From Mantamonas sphyraenae STR306 (taxonomy: Eukaryota > Protista > CRuMs), in contig JAPMXV010000057.1 in the NCBI GenBank assembly GCA_026936335.1, positions 62,001-126,000 on the forward strand: a stretch of DNA of 64,000 nt. Direction: 5' to 3'. The notes below the pieces were generated by a model, which saw only the letters and a program-made list of their open reading frames with translations, was not told where the DNA came from and searched no databases. Of the stretch, positions 36,838-48,833 are shown in pieces. Both the position numbers and the translations under genes were made by a program. The number at the start of each line of letters is the position of its first letter. Within the stretch, counting starts at the first letter, position 1.

Positions 36838-39564
36838 ATGAGGCGAACCATTCTCATCGCTACCATTCTGGCCATTGCCGCTCTTGTGGCGGCTGACTTC
36901 CAAGGCGACGTGTATGTTTTTCCTCTGCGTGTGTTACCCTTGTTTTTTTTGCCGCACGCCGGAAATCGTTCCGCACGCAAACGCTCGCGCGGCCTCCGCG
37001 CGTTTCTTCCTGCCGCCCGTACGCGCTCGCTCGCAATGCAGGACGCCCAGCACACACGTAGATGCCCAACACCTGCGCGTGTGCATGTGGGCGTGTGGTG
37101 CAGCCCTGCTCTGCGCGTCCAGATGACGCTGCACGCTTGCGCATTGGGTTCGGATGGAAGTGGGAGAAAAAAAAGCCCTCCCGCCCCAAACCCGGTCTCC
37201 GGTCCCATACGCCAAGGGAAGCACAGCACTGACACCCTCTCGCACACCAACACATTGGCCATCCTCGGTCCTGTCCCTCCTGCATCATTGCCACAGGCTC
37301 AACGCAGCTGAGGACGCGTACGTTTGGAGTGTGTGTGTGTGTGGTTGTGATTGTTGTTTCCTCGTTTGCCCTTTCTCGTCACGTTGTCTCTCGTGCTGAC
37401 AGCCACTTGTCGTACACACAGCGTCCGCGAGGCTGTGAACCAGGCCATGATTCAGCAGGCAGCTGCTGAGCATGGTGTGGATGTGCAGAGCAGCGCTAGC
37501 AGCGACAGCAGCGACGAGGAGTACGACGAGCTTCAGGATTCTGACTCGGACTCGCTTTCTCTGCCGCGTCGCTTTGACTCGGAGGTGATTGTGCGTCGCC
37601 GCGGTGGCATGACTGTGCAGTGCCTGGTGCCGCCGTGCCCCAAGATCGAGGACCCGCGCGTGCGTGTGGTCAAGCCTGTGCGCCGCAGCGATGTGCGCAA
37701 GTTCCCGGTGCTCCGCCCGGGGTACATCCGCCGTCACTACCGCCTGCCTGGCGTGCGCCGCCATGCTGGCATCCGCCACGCACGTCTGTCTGAGCTGTTC
37801 CGCCGCTTCAAGGGCCGCTACGGCGGTGTGCGCAAGGGCCCCATCGGCGTGCGCGTGGTCCGCTGTGGCTTCCGCCCGCGCCCGCAGATCCGTCTGCCCA
37901 GGCCCGTTGTGGACCGACCCCAGGTCATGGTGCGCCCGCCTGTGGCCAACGGCGTTGCCTCGAGCGACGAGAGCGCCAGCGAGGAGAGCAGCGAGGAGGA
38001 GTGGTCGGACAACGACGACGTGACCGACGAGAACGCCCTGAGCTTTGGTCGCTTCTGCAACAAGGCCTGCCCCAAGGTCAAGGTGTCCTGCACCAACGGC
38101 ATCCTGATGCGTGAGCGCACCCTGCGCAACGGCTGCAAGATCTGCGCCCGCTGCATCCCCAAGCGCAAGCCCAGGAAGTGCAACTGCAAGGCCATCAAGT
38201 GCGCCCCGGGCTACGAGCTCGGATACCCTGCCCGTGGCATCCGCCCCGCCGTCATGCCCTTCCGCCGCTCCCGCTTCGGTGTGCGCGACGAGGACAGCAA
38301 CCACAACGCCCTGCGTTTCGCCAGCCACTGGTGCCCGCCGTGCAAGACTTGCATCAAGAAGGGACAGAACTGGGGCATCAAGCCGCCCAAGCCCATCAAG
38401 CTCCCGTTTGCCTGCCCCATGTGCGCCATGCCCAGGTGCATGACTGGCTACAAGCTGGTCAGCGGCAAGAAGCTGTCCAACGGTTGCCACGCATGCCCCA
38501 CCTGCGTGAAGGACCCGACGGCCAAGCCGTTCCCCCACCCGTTCCCGTGCCTGCCCCGCGCTTGCCCCATGGTGATCCGCATGTGCAAGGCTGACGAGGA
38601 GTGGAAGGCCGGCACCGACAGCCGTGGCTGCACCACGTGCCCGTCGTGCCAGCCCAAGGACAAGCCGACGAAGCCTGTGGACCCGACCCCGGTGACCCCC
38701 AAGCCCAAGCCGTTCCCGTTCACCCGCTGCCCCATGGTGTGCTGCATGATGCGCATGCCCCTGAAGGGCTGCCCTGAGGGCAAGAAGTGGGGACCCACCT
38801 TCATCACGATCCGTGGCCAGAAGTGCCGCGGCTGCAACTCGTGCATCGACGCCAAGGAGGCCGAGAAGGACGCCAAGGAGGTCGCCGACGCCGAGGCTGC
38901 CACCATTGCCGAGGTCAAGGAGATCATGCAGGACGTTGCATCGTCCTCCGACTCGGACGACGAGCTGTTCAACTCGGATGACGACGACGTGTACGACGAC
39001 GACGAGCGCTCCATGCGCCGCCGCTGGAGCACGCGCCCTTCCATGTACAAGCCGTGGAAGCCGTACCGCTTCGACTGCCCCATCTACCGCTGCATGCGCC
39101 CGATGTGCAAGAAGGGTGAGGACCTCGTGCCCACCGTGATTGTGCGCAACGGCAAGCGCTGCCGTGGCTGCCCCAGGTGCAAGCCCGAGAAGGACATCAA
39201 GATCCGCGTGCGCCCGTGCCCCATCCCCATGTGCGCCTACCGTGGCAACTGCCCGGCTGGCTACAAGCTGACCCCGAACCACTTTGTGGCCAACGGTCGC
39301 AAGTGCCCGGGTTGCCCCACCTGCCAGAAGGTCGAGGTGTCTGAGGGACCCAAGTGCCCGCTGCGCTTCTGCCCCGCCGTCGCCTGCCCGCGCTCCCTGA
39401 GCACGGTCAGCAAGGACGCCAACGGATGCCCCGAGTGCCCGCGCTGCAACTGGCCGGGCCGCCCTCTGGTCGCCGTCCTGCCCGCCGAATCCTCGTCCGT
39501 CAGCGACGCCGAGGAGGCCGACGATGTCGAGGACATGAACATCTACGAGGAGCAGCAGGAATAA
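36838..39564 (+). CDS. Secreted Cys/Pro/Arg-rich modular protein with antistasin-like C-x5-6-C...NGCxxCPxC repeats
   Basis: Signal-peptide exon MRRTILIATILAIAALVAA at 36838, micro-exon(s) near 37296-37317, then a large exon from ~37422 with about 8 CxxCxxC repeats and acidic S/D/E spacers; strong C/G-ending codon bias. Confidence 0.7.
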
Positions 39565-39666
39565 ATCTGCCTGCCTGACCACACACTGTGGGTTCAACCT
39601 TGACTTGTATTCCTTCATTTTCTTGTGTGTTTGTGTGTGTGTGTGTGTGTGTGCGCGTGATTCTCT

Positions 39667-40799
39667 CTACCCGCGTGCTCGACGTGCCTTGCGTCCAGAC
39701 CCGCCGCCTGTGCTGCTGTTGCCTCCCCCCTGAAGTTTCTGCGTGAGTGCCTGGATCTTGGCATCCTTGAGGGCCAGCAGCTTTTCCATCTTCTTGACCT
39801 TGGAGTTGAGCACCTCGACCGTCTCCTGCAGCTCAATGATGAGCTGATCCTTCTCCAGATCCTCCAGGGAGTGGCCCTGGAAGGACGCCGAGTTGCCATG
39901 TGACTGTTGATGTTCCACACTGCCCGTGCTGCTGTTGACACCCGATGAGGCGGTGAAGTACGTGATGCCCCCCGGACTGGACGTTTCGCCCACGTGCTGG
40001 CCATACACGGCCTGCTTTTCCTGAAGTGCCTCCTGCTCCTTGCGTGCCGCCCTTCGCTCCTCCACTTTCTCTTGGTATTCCTCCATGGAACGCTGCAGGT
40101 TGAGCAGAAACGCCTCCACAGAGCCGCGCTTCGCCGTCGCCAAATCCTCCATCTCTTCCGGCGTCAGATCCATGCCCATCTTGCGCAGGACCTTGGCTGG
40201 GGAAGGACGCGGGATGGTAAAGGACAGGTGGTGAGAGCGAGAGAGGGGAAGGCGGGGGGAGGGGGATGTGTGTGTGTGTGTGTGAGTGTCGGTGTCCAAG
40301 CGAGAAAGAGCAGGAGATTGGAAGCGGGCCACTCACTGTTCAGCGTTTTCCAATTGTACACCTTTGTGTCGGTGCTGTTTGCAGGCACATAGTTGTGCAG
40401 ATCGACCAGTTTGGGAAAGTAGGCGGCTACAACCTCGGCCGCAAGAACTGTGTGCGTTGTGCGTTGTGTGTGTGGAAAGGGGGCGGGCGCGGCGTGGCAA
40501 AGGAGAGAGTAACGGTTCCTGGGTGTCAGCACACTTTGCGGCCGGGCAGATGAGAGCCAACACAGTGGAGAGCGTGCATGGTGTCACATCGTTGAACACA
40601 GGCATACAGACCAGGATACGAGGGTGCACCCTGGAATGGTATGCGCGGGGGAACCATGGCAGCGGCAGAGAGGATGCCATGACACAAACACACCTCCGTC
40701 TGCAAAGTCACGTGCAATGTTGCGCTTGGGTCGCGACAATGGGATCTCATCGATCCAAAGATAGACTTCCTGGAGTTCTTCCTCCTCAATCTCGGACAT
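39667..40799 (-). CDS. SPEF1: Sperm flagellar protein 1 / CLAMP (CH domain plus coiled coil; multi-exon)
   Basis: LQEVYLWIDEIPLSRPKRNIARDFADG, VAAYFPKLVDLHNYVPANS..KVYNWKTLN, and C-terminal LQETVEVLNSKVKKMEKLLALKDAKI. Confidence 0.93.
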
Positions 40800-40882
40800 G
40801 GCTTGCGGGCGGGGAGGGGGGGGGAATGGGGACAGTGTGGGGGCGGTGGCGGCGTCCGTGTAAGCAACACATCGGCACACAC

Positions 40883-42395
40883 ATGAGCACGGGAGGCATC
40901 TTTGGAGGTGACGACGACACAGATGTGATCAAGCTGGGCATTCTGGGACAAACGTCGGTGGGCAAGACGTCCATCTGTGTGCAGTACACCACACGGCAGT
41001 TTGAGACGCGGCACCTGAGCACCAACCTGCAGCAGGAGTACTTTTGCAGGGCTCAGTTTGACGAGGTGGGTTGCAGCTGTCCAATGCACACACATCACAG
41101 GCACTGCATACCAGCACGCAACACATGGGTGTGGTGCTGGTGATGCATACAAACCGCCTTGGATGCCCAACAGGGCGTTTTCCGCAGGGGTGGAGGGTCA
41201 GGGAAATGCCTGTGGGGGCTGCACGAGAACAACAACGGGCGAGGATGGGCTCACACGGGAGGCAAACACACACATACACACACACAACAGGGGCCTCTGA
41301 AGGGAAGGGACATCCTGGTGGAGATTGTGGACAACGCAGGACTGGACACAGCGGACATGGTGACGCAGAAGATGGGCGAGCTGGTGTTTGAGGTGGACGA
41401 ACGCGAAAGCCGCAACAAGAACAAGAAGAAGGAGAAGAAGCCCGAGTTTAGTCGCAAGGAGATCGAAGACGCCAAAGAGTATCTGTTGAAGGAACGGGCG
41501 GGGATAGAGGAGGAGAGCACAGAGGAGGGCACGGAGGCAAAGGAGGAATCCATGTTCTCCTCCTGGTTTGGTGGCGACGCAGAGGAGGAGGAGGACGACC
41601 AGGTGCGTCTGGACAGTGGTCTCAACGGACCCAAGGAACGAAGTCTGCGTAGCATTGCCGAGGGTGAGTGAGAGGGCCGGGTGTGGGGTGTGGGGGATGG
41701 GGGGAAGAGAGAGGGGGGATGAGGGACACCACGCACACCGTCCCTGTCGCACACTGGCACACACACACACACTGACACACACACACACACACATGCAGCT
41801 GAGTTGCGAAAGGAAGAGGCGGTGGAGGATGAAGACGTGTCGCATCTGCCTGCAGAGAGCACAGTGGATGTTCTGGTGAACGAGGAGAACATGACCACAG
41901 GCTACTCGGGCTTCATGGTTGTGTACGACTTTGGCAACAAGCATTCATACGAAATGGCCAAGAAGATCATCAATGCCATCAACACAAAGTGCGTGCTGGC
42001 GTGTGGGAGATGGAGGGAGGGTTTGGGGGGGGGCGGAAGAGAACTCAAACCAATGGCAACTCACACAAACACCACCCCACCACCACCACCACCACCACCC
42101 CACACCCTACAGGATGCAATACACAGATGACGCAGAAAAGGGCTGGCGCCCCAAGGTGGGCATTCTGCTGGTGGGCAACAAGCAGGAGCTGCGATCGGGT
42201 GAACGCGAGGTGGACCGCACGCCAGAGGGCTTTGCCAACAAGTTTGCACACGTGGAACACTTCACCTGTTCTGCAAAGATGAACAAGAACATTACGGCGG
42301 CATTCACTCGACTCATCGAACTCAGCGACGAACTCACAAACAACTGGGCCCCGTCGGGTCCCCAGGAAGACGACGAGGGCTGTGTGGTGCAATAA
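40883..42395 (+). CDS. Atypical Ras-superfamily small GTPase with large insertion and CaaX (exons ~40883-41065, 41291-41663, ~41817-41988, 42113-42395)
   Basis: G1 GQTSVGKT, G3 DNAGL, GFMVVYD, G4 VGNKQE, G5 CSAK and C-terminal CVVQ*. Confidence 0.8.
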
Positions 42396-42459
42396 AATTC
42401 CTGTTTGCAAAACAGCGCGCGTTCAAGCGATGATCACGTCAGACCCACGGCATCATGTC

Positions 42460-42647
42460 CACCCCCAATTGCAACAATGTTCGTTCACCCACAGTGTGTT
42501 CTTGTGTGAGTAGCTCGTCTTGCGCGTGGGAGGGGGTTGCAAACTCACATACGAATGTTTCCGGACAAATCTGCTTAGTGCCGGATTGAATTGTGTGACG
42601 AGTCCCTTGACACACACGAATGCGCAGGGACTCCGTCACACACACGC
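42460..42647 (-). ncRNA. Candidate Fanzor omega RNA scaffold (boundaries uncertain)
   Basis: Non-coding region directly downstream of the RuvC gene stop, with consecutive inverted repeats at 42592-42607/42626-42642 (16 bp with a 1-nt bulge), 42560-42564/42581-42585 and 42505-42511/42543-42549. The position matches where TnpB/Fanzor guides lie. Confidence 0.5.
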
Positions 42648-45600
42648 TCACGTACATGGCTGCAAGTGGGCCGGCCGTGCGCCGATGAGCGAATAGAGCA
42701 GACCAACAGTGCCAATCTGCAAGGCCCCATTCACATCACGATCAACACAACGTCGACGGTATTCGGTGGTTGGGTTGATTGCGCTGATGAGCGATAAGCT
42801 GGCGCCAATGGCTGTGGTTCGGGTTCCAAGGGAGCGAGACCGGTCGCACTCACAGCGTTTGAGGCGGCCGTGCGGGCTGTTGGAGCCCAAGTCTGGCGCA
42901 TACGTCGTTTCAGCACCACACACATGGTGAGTCTTGGAGGTGTTGTACTCATTCACCCGAACCACCATTGAGGATCTGGAGATGAACTCGATGGCTGATT
43001 TGAACCCACCCGAGGATCCAGTCCATGTCACACTGCCCACAATGTACAATACTGTTCGTGCAGCTTGTTCTTTGCGAGGTTTTGCCACGTTTGCCATCAT
43101 CTGCTGCGTCTGTGCGTGTTTGCCGGTGCGATGCACCTTGGCCACGGCTCCCGTCGGGTCTGCACCGCCCGCAGCATGACGCTCTACACTGTGTGCATGG
43201 TCGTCAATCTTTCTTGCGTGGTGTGGGAGCGTTGGCACTTTCCACCATCGCCCAATCGTTTCGGAGCCATGTTGGACGTCGTTTGCCAGCTCGACGCACA
43301 CAACGTTGGTGGCGTACGAGCCGGGGTCGATGAAGCACAGGCGCAGCCTGCGCAGAAGAGCGAGTGTCTCGCTGTACTGTGGTGGGGAAGTCGGATGGCG
43401 CAGCCGTTGAGAGTGGAGGTCACCTCGGCACAGCTCCCCGTAACTGCTCAATCCAATGCCACTCTTCACAATGGAACTGATGAGTCGCTCACCCAGTATG
43501 TCCTGAACTCGTCTTCTTCCAAACAGGCGACAAAGCCGGCAAATAGCGATCAGTTTGTCCCGTGGTTCTTCACTCTGCAGCGACTTCAGGAGCGGTTGTG
43601 CGTATGCCAGAGAGCGATGATGAGGCGATAGAAGCTCCAGCAAAGAGAAAGTGGCCTCCTGCCGCTGGGTTCCACGCGGCCACGTGGTGCGCAGAGTGGC
43701 AAGCGTTGACGGCACGTTCCAGGTTTGGCACTTCAGGATCTTGCCACACACGACGAGGGTGCCCGTCATGCGAGCCAGTGTGCGCAGAGACAGGTTGGCG
43801 ACGCGAGGGCATGCCAACATTGCCAGTGCCGGTGACCTCGCCTGCCGTGCATTCCGTAGTTGTTCGTCGGTGATTTCGTCGCCCAACAGAGTGTGCTTCG
43901 CGTACGCTTGCAGGTGACTCTGAACGCGTACGTGCTCCTCCGTATCCCCGCCCCATGCCCAGTCGTGCACTTGTGTGTTGACATACTCAATTTCGTCGCC
44001 ACGATCGATGTGCAGGCTGGGAGGAAGTTGCAGCAAGCCCATGCTGAACATCATCTTCAACGTGGTGGGAGTGAGACAAACATCGGGTGACAGGCTGCGG
44101 GGCTTTTGAGGCACGCCCACACCACGTCCAGAGACATGTGCTGCAGCAAGCGCGACCCAATCCGCGGATGTGGGTTCTCCGCTCTCTCGGCCGAAAAAGA
44201 CGTCTGCGTTGCACATCCCAGCCGCATCCAAGGCTTCAAGCAGGTCGTCGGTTGCCTCCTTGTACACTGTGTCGTCGTCACCGTGTTTCTTCGGTCCAAA
44301 GGCGACGTTGAGGGCGGCGAGGCGGGCAGCAACGGCGACCGGGCCCTCGTCCAGTTTCTCGGCGATCGCCTCCACTGCTGTGTCACGTGGTAGTGCGTCG
44401 AAGTGGGGCTGCAGCTTCGCCAGAGTGTTGGCCAGCTGGAACCTCGTCAACAATCCTTTCCACTCTCCGTGCAGTTTCTTCGAGCTCTCCTCCAGTGGAT
44501 CTGTTGTCGCCGTCCACAGCGTCCTCCACATGTTTCGATTGTTGCGAGCTGGCAGGAGGTCCAGATCATCCAGATCCAGGAGCACCGTAGCGTGATCATG
44601 CTCAGACAGGTCTGCCACGAGGTGGATGTGGTTGAAGACCAGCTCGTCCTGGAACCAAGTGTTGCCACTGCGGTCCCCACTCAGTACGACGAAGCGTTGT
44701 TGGTCTTCTGCATCGCGTACGAGGTTCCTCAGAGACCGCAGCCACGACAGAAGCTGTTTCTGCGAGTGAAAGAAGGCAGTATCGGCCGGCGAAGGGCCAC
44801 TGAACCTGCTGTTGCTGCTGCTGCTGCTGCTGCTGGCAACAACATCATATCCGTCTTCCTCCATCTCGTCCTCTTCGTCGTCCTCTTCGTAGTCCTCGCT
44901 GGAGCAGCTGCCGGAGTCAGAGGAGTCTGATTCGGAAAAATCATCACTGCACATTCCCTCGTCCTCATGCTCTGTGGCGACACGCTGCCGCTTGTCCATC
45001 GACGACGTAGTCTGTATGCTCCGACGGCGCTTCTTGTTGTCTTGAAGCGTGTCTTCCTCGTCGCTCCACTCGTGGTCCTGTTGATCAGCAGCATCAACAT
45101 GTCCGCGAGGCCCACCAGCACTGCTGTGTGAGCGGAGGCTCATGCCGTGGTGTTCTTCCTGGGATAGAGCTCCAATGCTGTCGATCGCACACACCAAGGT
45201 CGCGGTGGCAGCCCGTTCGAGACCTGCCACGGCCTGGCCGACTTGGAACATGGCATGTTCGCTGGCTTTGTCACCTGCGTGTGGACCAGCGAGTGTGACA
45301 GTGTGCTTGCGGTCATTTTTAAACACACCGTACGCAGTCGTCTTGGCGGTAGGTCCCAGCGTGTGCTCCACAAGCTCCTTGGTGGCCCGCTCCACGTCGT
45401 GCTGCGCCAGCGGCGTGATTTCAGCCAACGTAGCTGTCACCTTGGTGGCCTTCTTCTCCAGTTTCTTCTCGTAGTCCCGGGCGTGCTTGTCACGTTGCTG
45501 CTTTTCTTTGCTCTGGGCCTCCCTCTCCTTCTCCGTTGAGACATACTTGCGCCGAACCATCGTGTCGTGCAGCGACTCCGCCACTGAGCATGCCACCCCG

Positions 45601-47947
45601 CGGACAAAGCAGTCTGCACCCAGCCTGACAAAGGTACACAGGTAGAGCGAACCCACATCCGCCTGGTCTGTGTGCACCTCGACACGCACGTGCTCCTTCA
45701 CCGCGCGCAGCAGCGATGAGCACTCGATCTCGCGCAACACCAAGGCGGCAGTGCGGATGTCGTCAGGGTGCCCAAGCAGTACTTGGGACGCGCTGTCCTG
45801 TGCATCTTCCGTGCCCGTGCCAAATACCATCGTGTCCGCTTGGCTGATGAACGGGTCACGCTGCGCATCTTGAACAATTTGCGCATCTTCGTCGACACTG
45901 GATGTGGCGCTGGATGTGGCGCTGGAGCTGGCGCTGTCCTCTGTGTCCATAGCATCGGTGTGGTCCTTGCTGTCGTTCTCGGCGTCTGTGAACGCCTGGT
46001 AGAGTGGATGTTCCGTGGCTGATTCCAGATCATGGATCTTGACGTTGATTTTCTCTCGTGCATTGCGTTTGCCTTTGCCTTTGCCCTTGCTCTTGCCTTT
46101 GCCTTTGCCCTTGCTCTTGCCTTTGCCCTTGCCTTTGCCCTTGCTCTTGCTCTTGCTCTTGCGTTTTCGGCCCGGTTGCGTAAGTGTGATTGTTTCGAGC
46201 ACCTCACCGCTGGCCAGACCTCCATCGTGGAACAGTACGTGTGCTCCCGCCTCGACCTCGTCGTTGCGAACGATGTATGCTTGCGCCGTGCCGTCGACGG
46301 CCACGTACAGCGTGTATCCGACAGTCGCCGTGGACACCCTGGTGCACAGCTGCTGCAGCTCCTCCAGCCCGATGGTGGCGCCAAAGCACACGCGGTCATG
46401 GATCAGACTCTCCAGCGTCCTGCTGGGCATGCCCATACTGTTCACGGCCGTCCACAATCCATCCAAGTCATCGGCGAGCGAGCTTTCCTCAGGATCGCCG
46501 ATCTCCTCCAAATTCTCCAAACCGCTCTGCTGGCGCGCCAGCTCATAACGAGTACCGTAAAGCTGCCAGTCTTCATCAGATGCGTCAGCCACGTGCTCGT
46601 CAAGCCAGGTGAACGTTCCGGGGTTCCGTGTTGATGCCAAGCGGACGAAAAATTCCTTCGGGTTGTTGCCACACGCTTGCCCGGAGAGATCCATGTCGCT
46701 CGAGACTGCCGCGTGCGCAAGCGGCAGTGGAAGCCGCAGATAGGTGGTGGATATGTCGCCACGGCCAGCGAGAACGGCCGCGGCGGCGGTTGTGTGCCGG
46801 ATTTCGGGATCCACAGATGTGACGATTGCGTTCACTGGGTCGACGATGTGCAGTGTGCTCTCCACAAGCGGAGCACAGAAGTAAAAGTCAGAGTCTTGGG
46901 CAATCACGACGAACGCATCCACCTGCTGCTTGTCGATGTTCGTGGCAAAGGTCTCCGTGATGGTTGCATCAGCACTCGTACCTTTGTGTCCGATCACCGT
47001 GACCCGCTTGTCCTTGGCGAAGTGTCTGGCCACAACCCCGTGAAGCACGGTGTATGCCTCGTCCTTGGATCTGGGGCGCTGTTGGGAAGTGTGAGTCAGT
47101 GCCATGCAGCTGGTGAACTCGTCGGATGCACGCCGTGAGAGGGTTTTTTTTGCGTGCCCCTCCAGGAAACCAACCTCCTTCGCCCCGGCGAGTGTGGCGT
47201 TTACCATGGACTTGACGTTGTACAGCAGATGTGACGCTTGTTTTGGGTCCGCACTATTGAACAGCGCGCCGTGACGATCAATGTGTAGCGAGAAGACGCA
47301 GCGTTCCACGATGGAGCCGATGGTATCCACAAGCGCACGCAGACGGAGGGCCAGCGACTCGCACTTTTGCTCAAAGTCAGTGTCACTCGCTTGCTTGCCT
47401 GTACTGAACAGTCTGTACTTGTAGTCTGTGTTGTGTACCGAGTCAGGAGGGACGAGAGGGCAAGGATTTTGCGGGGCATCCAGCATGTGTGTCAATCACA
47501 GAGGCCGCGGCAGTAGCTTACAGAGATAACCAACGTCAACAGCCACATGCAAAGGACACTCGTCGTGCTTCTGGTTGGCAGCAGTCTGTACGTAAACCTG
47601 CCACACATGCTCCACACACATGGCAACGCGTTTGTCCACGTCCAAATCCTCGGCTTCTTCCTGTGCCTTCCAGACACTGCTCTGTCGCATGACGTGATTG
47701 CGCAGGGGGACCTTGCCTTGGATGTGCCTCTTGCGTAGGTAACTTCGCTCCCATTCCTCTCCGATGTCGGCTTTCTCGGGGTCAAGGATGGTGACGTCGA
47801 TCACGGCAAAGACACTATTGAAAATGTGCGCGGTGTCGTCCAGCAGAGTGGCACTGGCCACATGTGGCTTGTGGAGCAAAGAGCGAACAGCAGACTGGCC
47901 CATGTCCCTTTGTGCCTTGCTCAGAGGAGAGCCAGCAGTGATGCCGC

Positions 47948-47994
<47 letters not shown>

Positions 47995-47996
47995 AT
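42648..47996 (-). CDS. Fanzor1 (eukaryotic TnpB-derived RuvC nuclease) with N-terminal FEN1/XPG-like PIN domain; exon 1 47522-47996, intron 47426-47521, exon 2 42648-47425 (~1,750 aa)
   Basis: RuvC-I FIDPG (43320-43328), YIVG in place of the canonical E strand, relocated E in VVRVNEYNTSKTHHVCG (42948-42950), RLKRC, RuvC-III DRDVNGALQI (42729-42743) and terminal GARPAHL. The N-terminus has HVAVDVGYL|YYKY, LHID, GTSADATI, VIAQDSDF and AVLAGRGD. The intron GTAAGC...CTGAC...CACAG joins the two ORFs in frame. Confidence 0.85.
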
Positions 47997-48833
47997 TGTT
48001 CTTGACCAGCGTGCGCAAACAGACATAGCCGAGCACATGCACGAGGTGTATGTTGCAGATACGAGCATCTGACTGCAACGCAACGTCCACCCGGGTGTGC
48101 GTGCCCCTGGTGCCTTTTTTGCAGAGTCTCACCAGCATGCCAATTTCGTGGCGCAATCAGCCGATGTTCTCCTCACCAGCTACGCATGTGCCACTGTGAA
48201 GACAGGTTGGCGATGCTGGACATAGCCACACTTTCCTGTGGTGCTGCGGAGGATGTGCGCCAAAAGGCTGCATGGGCCGCACCCATTCCTCACACTCGTC
48301 CACTCGTCCAGGGTCACAACGAACGACTTGCCTGAAACAGCAAGGCACAACGCCTGCCGTAGTCTGTGTCCCATCAGGTGCTTCCAATGTGTCGACGAAT
48401 TGGCCAAGCAAGGGTCGCCTTGCTCTGTGCCCATGCAATCACGTGCAAGATGACGCTGCACGACAACCGGCTCGGTGAATCCATGTCGTATGCGCAGTAG
48501 GTGCACGCCGAATGGGCCACGGAGGCTACAACCTGGCCTAGGACGCCCGACGCTTGGCCGTTTGGGCACTGCCTCAACCTACTCCGCAGACCCAACACAC
48601 TGAAGAAGCGAAAATCCTTGACAACCTCATCATCGCGTCTGTTCATTCGTAACACTCCTTTCAAGTGCACATCTCTGCACGTGTTCCAACGCCCCACCCC
48701 CCGCCGTTCTCAACCGAAGTACAACGAATCTCGAATCTCAATCTCACTTTGCACGCGGAGTTTGCTGGCGGCGGAGCACCCCTCTGCAATCATGGGCCCA
48801 CTAAGACCTCACTCAAGGTGAGTACGGATTTTT

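Noticed and set aside
42810-42856. Possible intron (T|GTGAGT...CACAG) within the Fanzor Zn-finger region
   Set aside because: The ORF is open without it, the intron would be very short, and splicing would remove the Cys residues; unsupported without RNA data.
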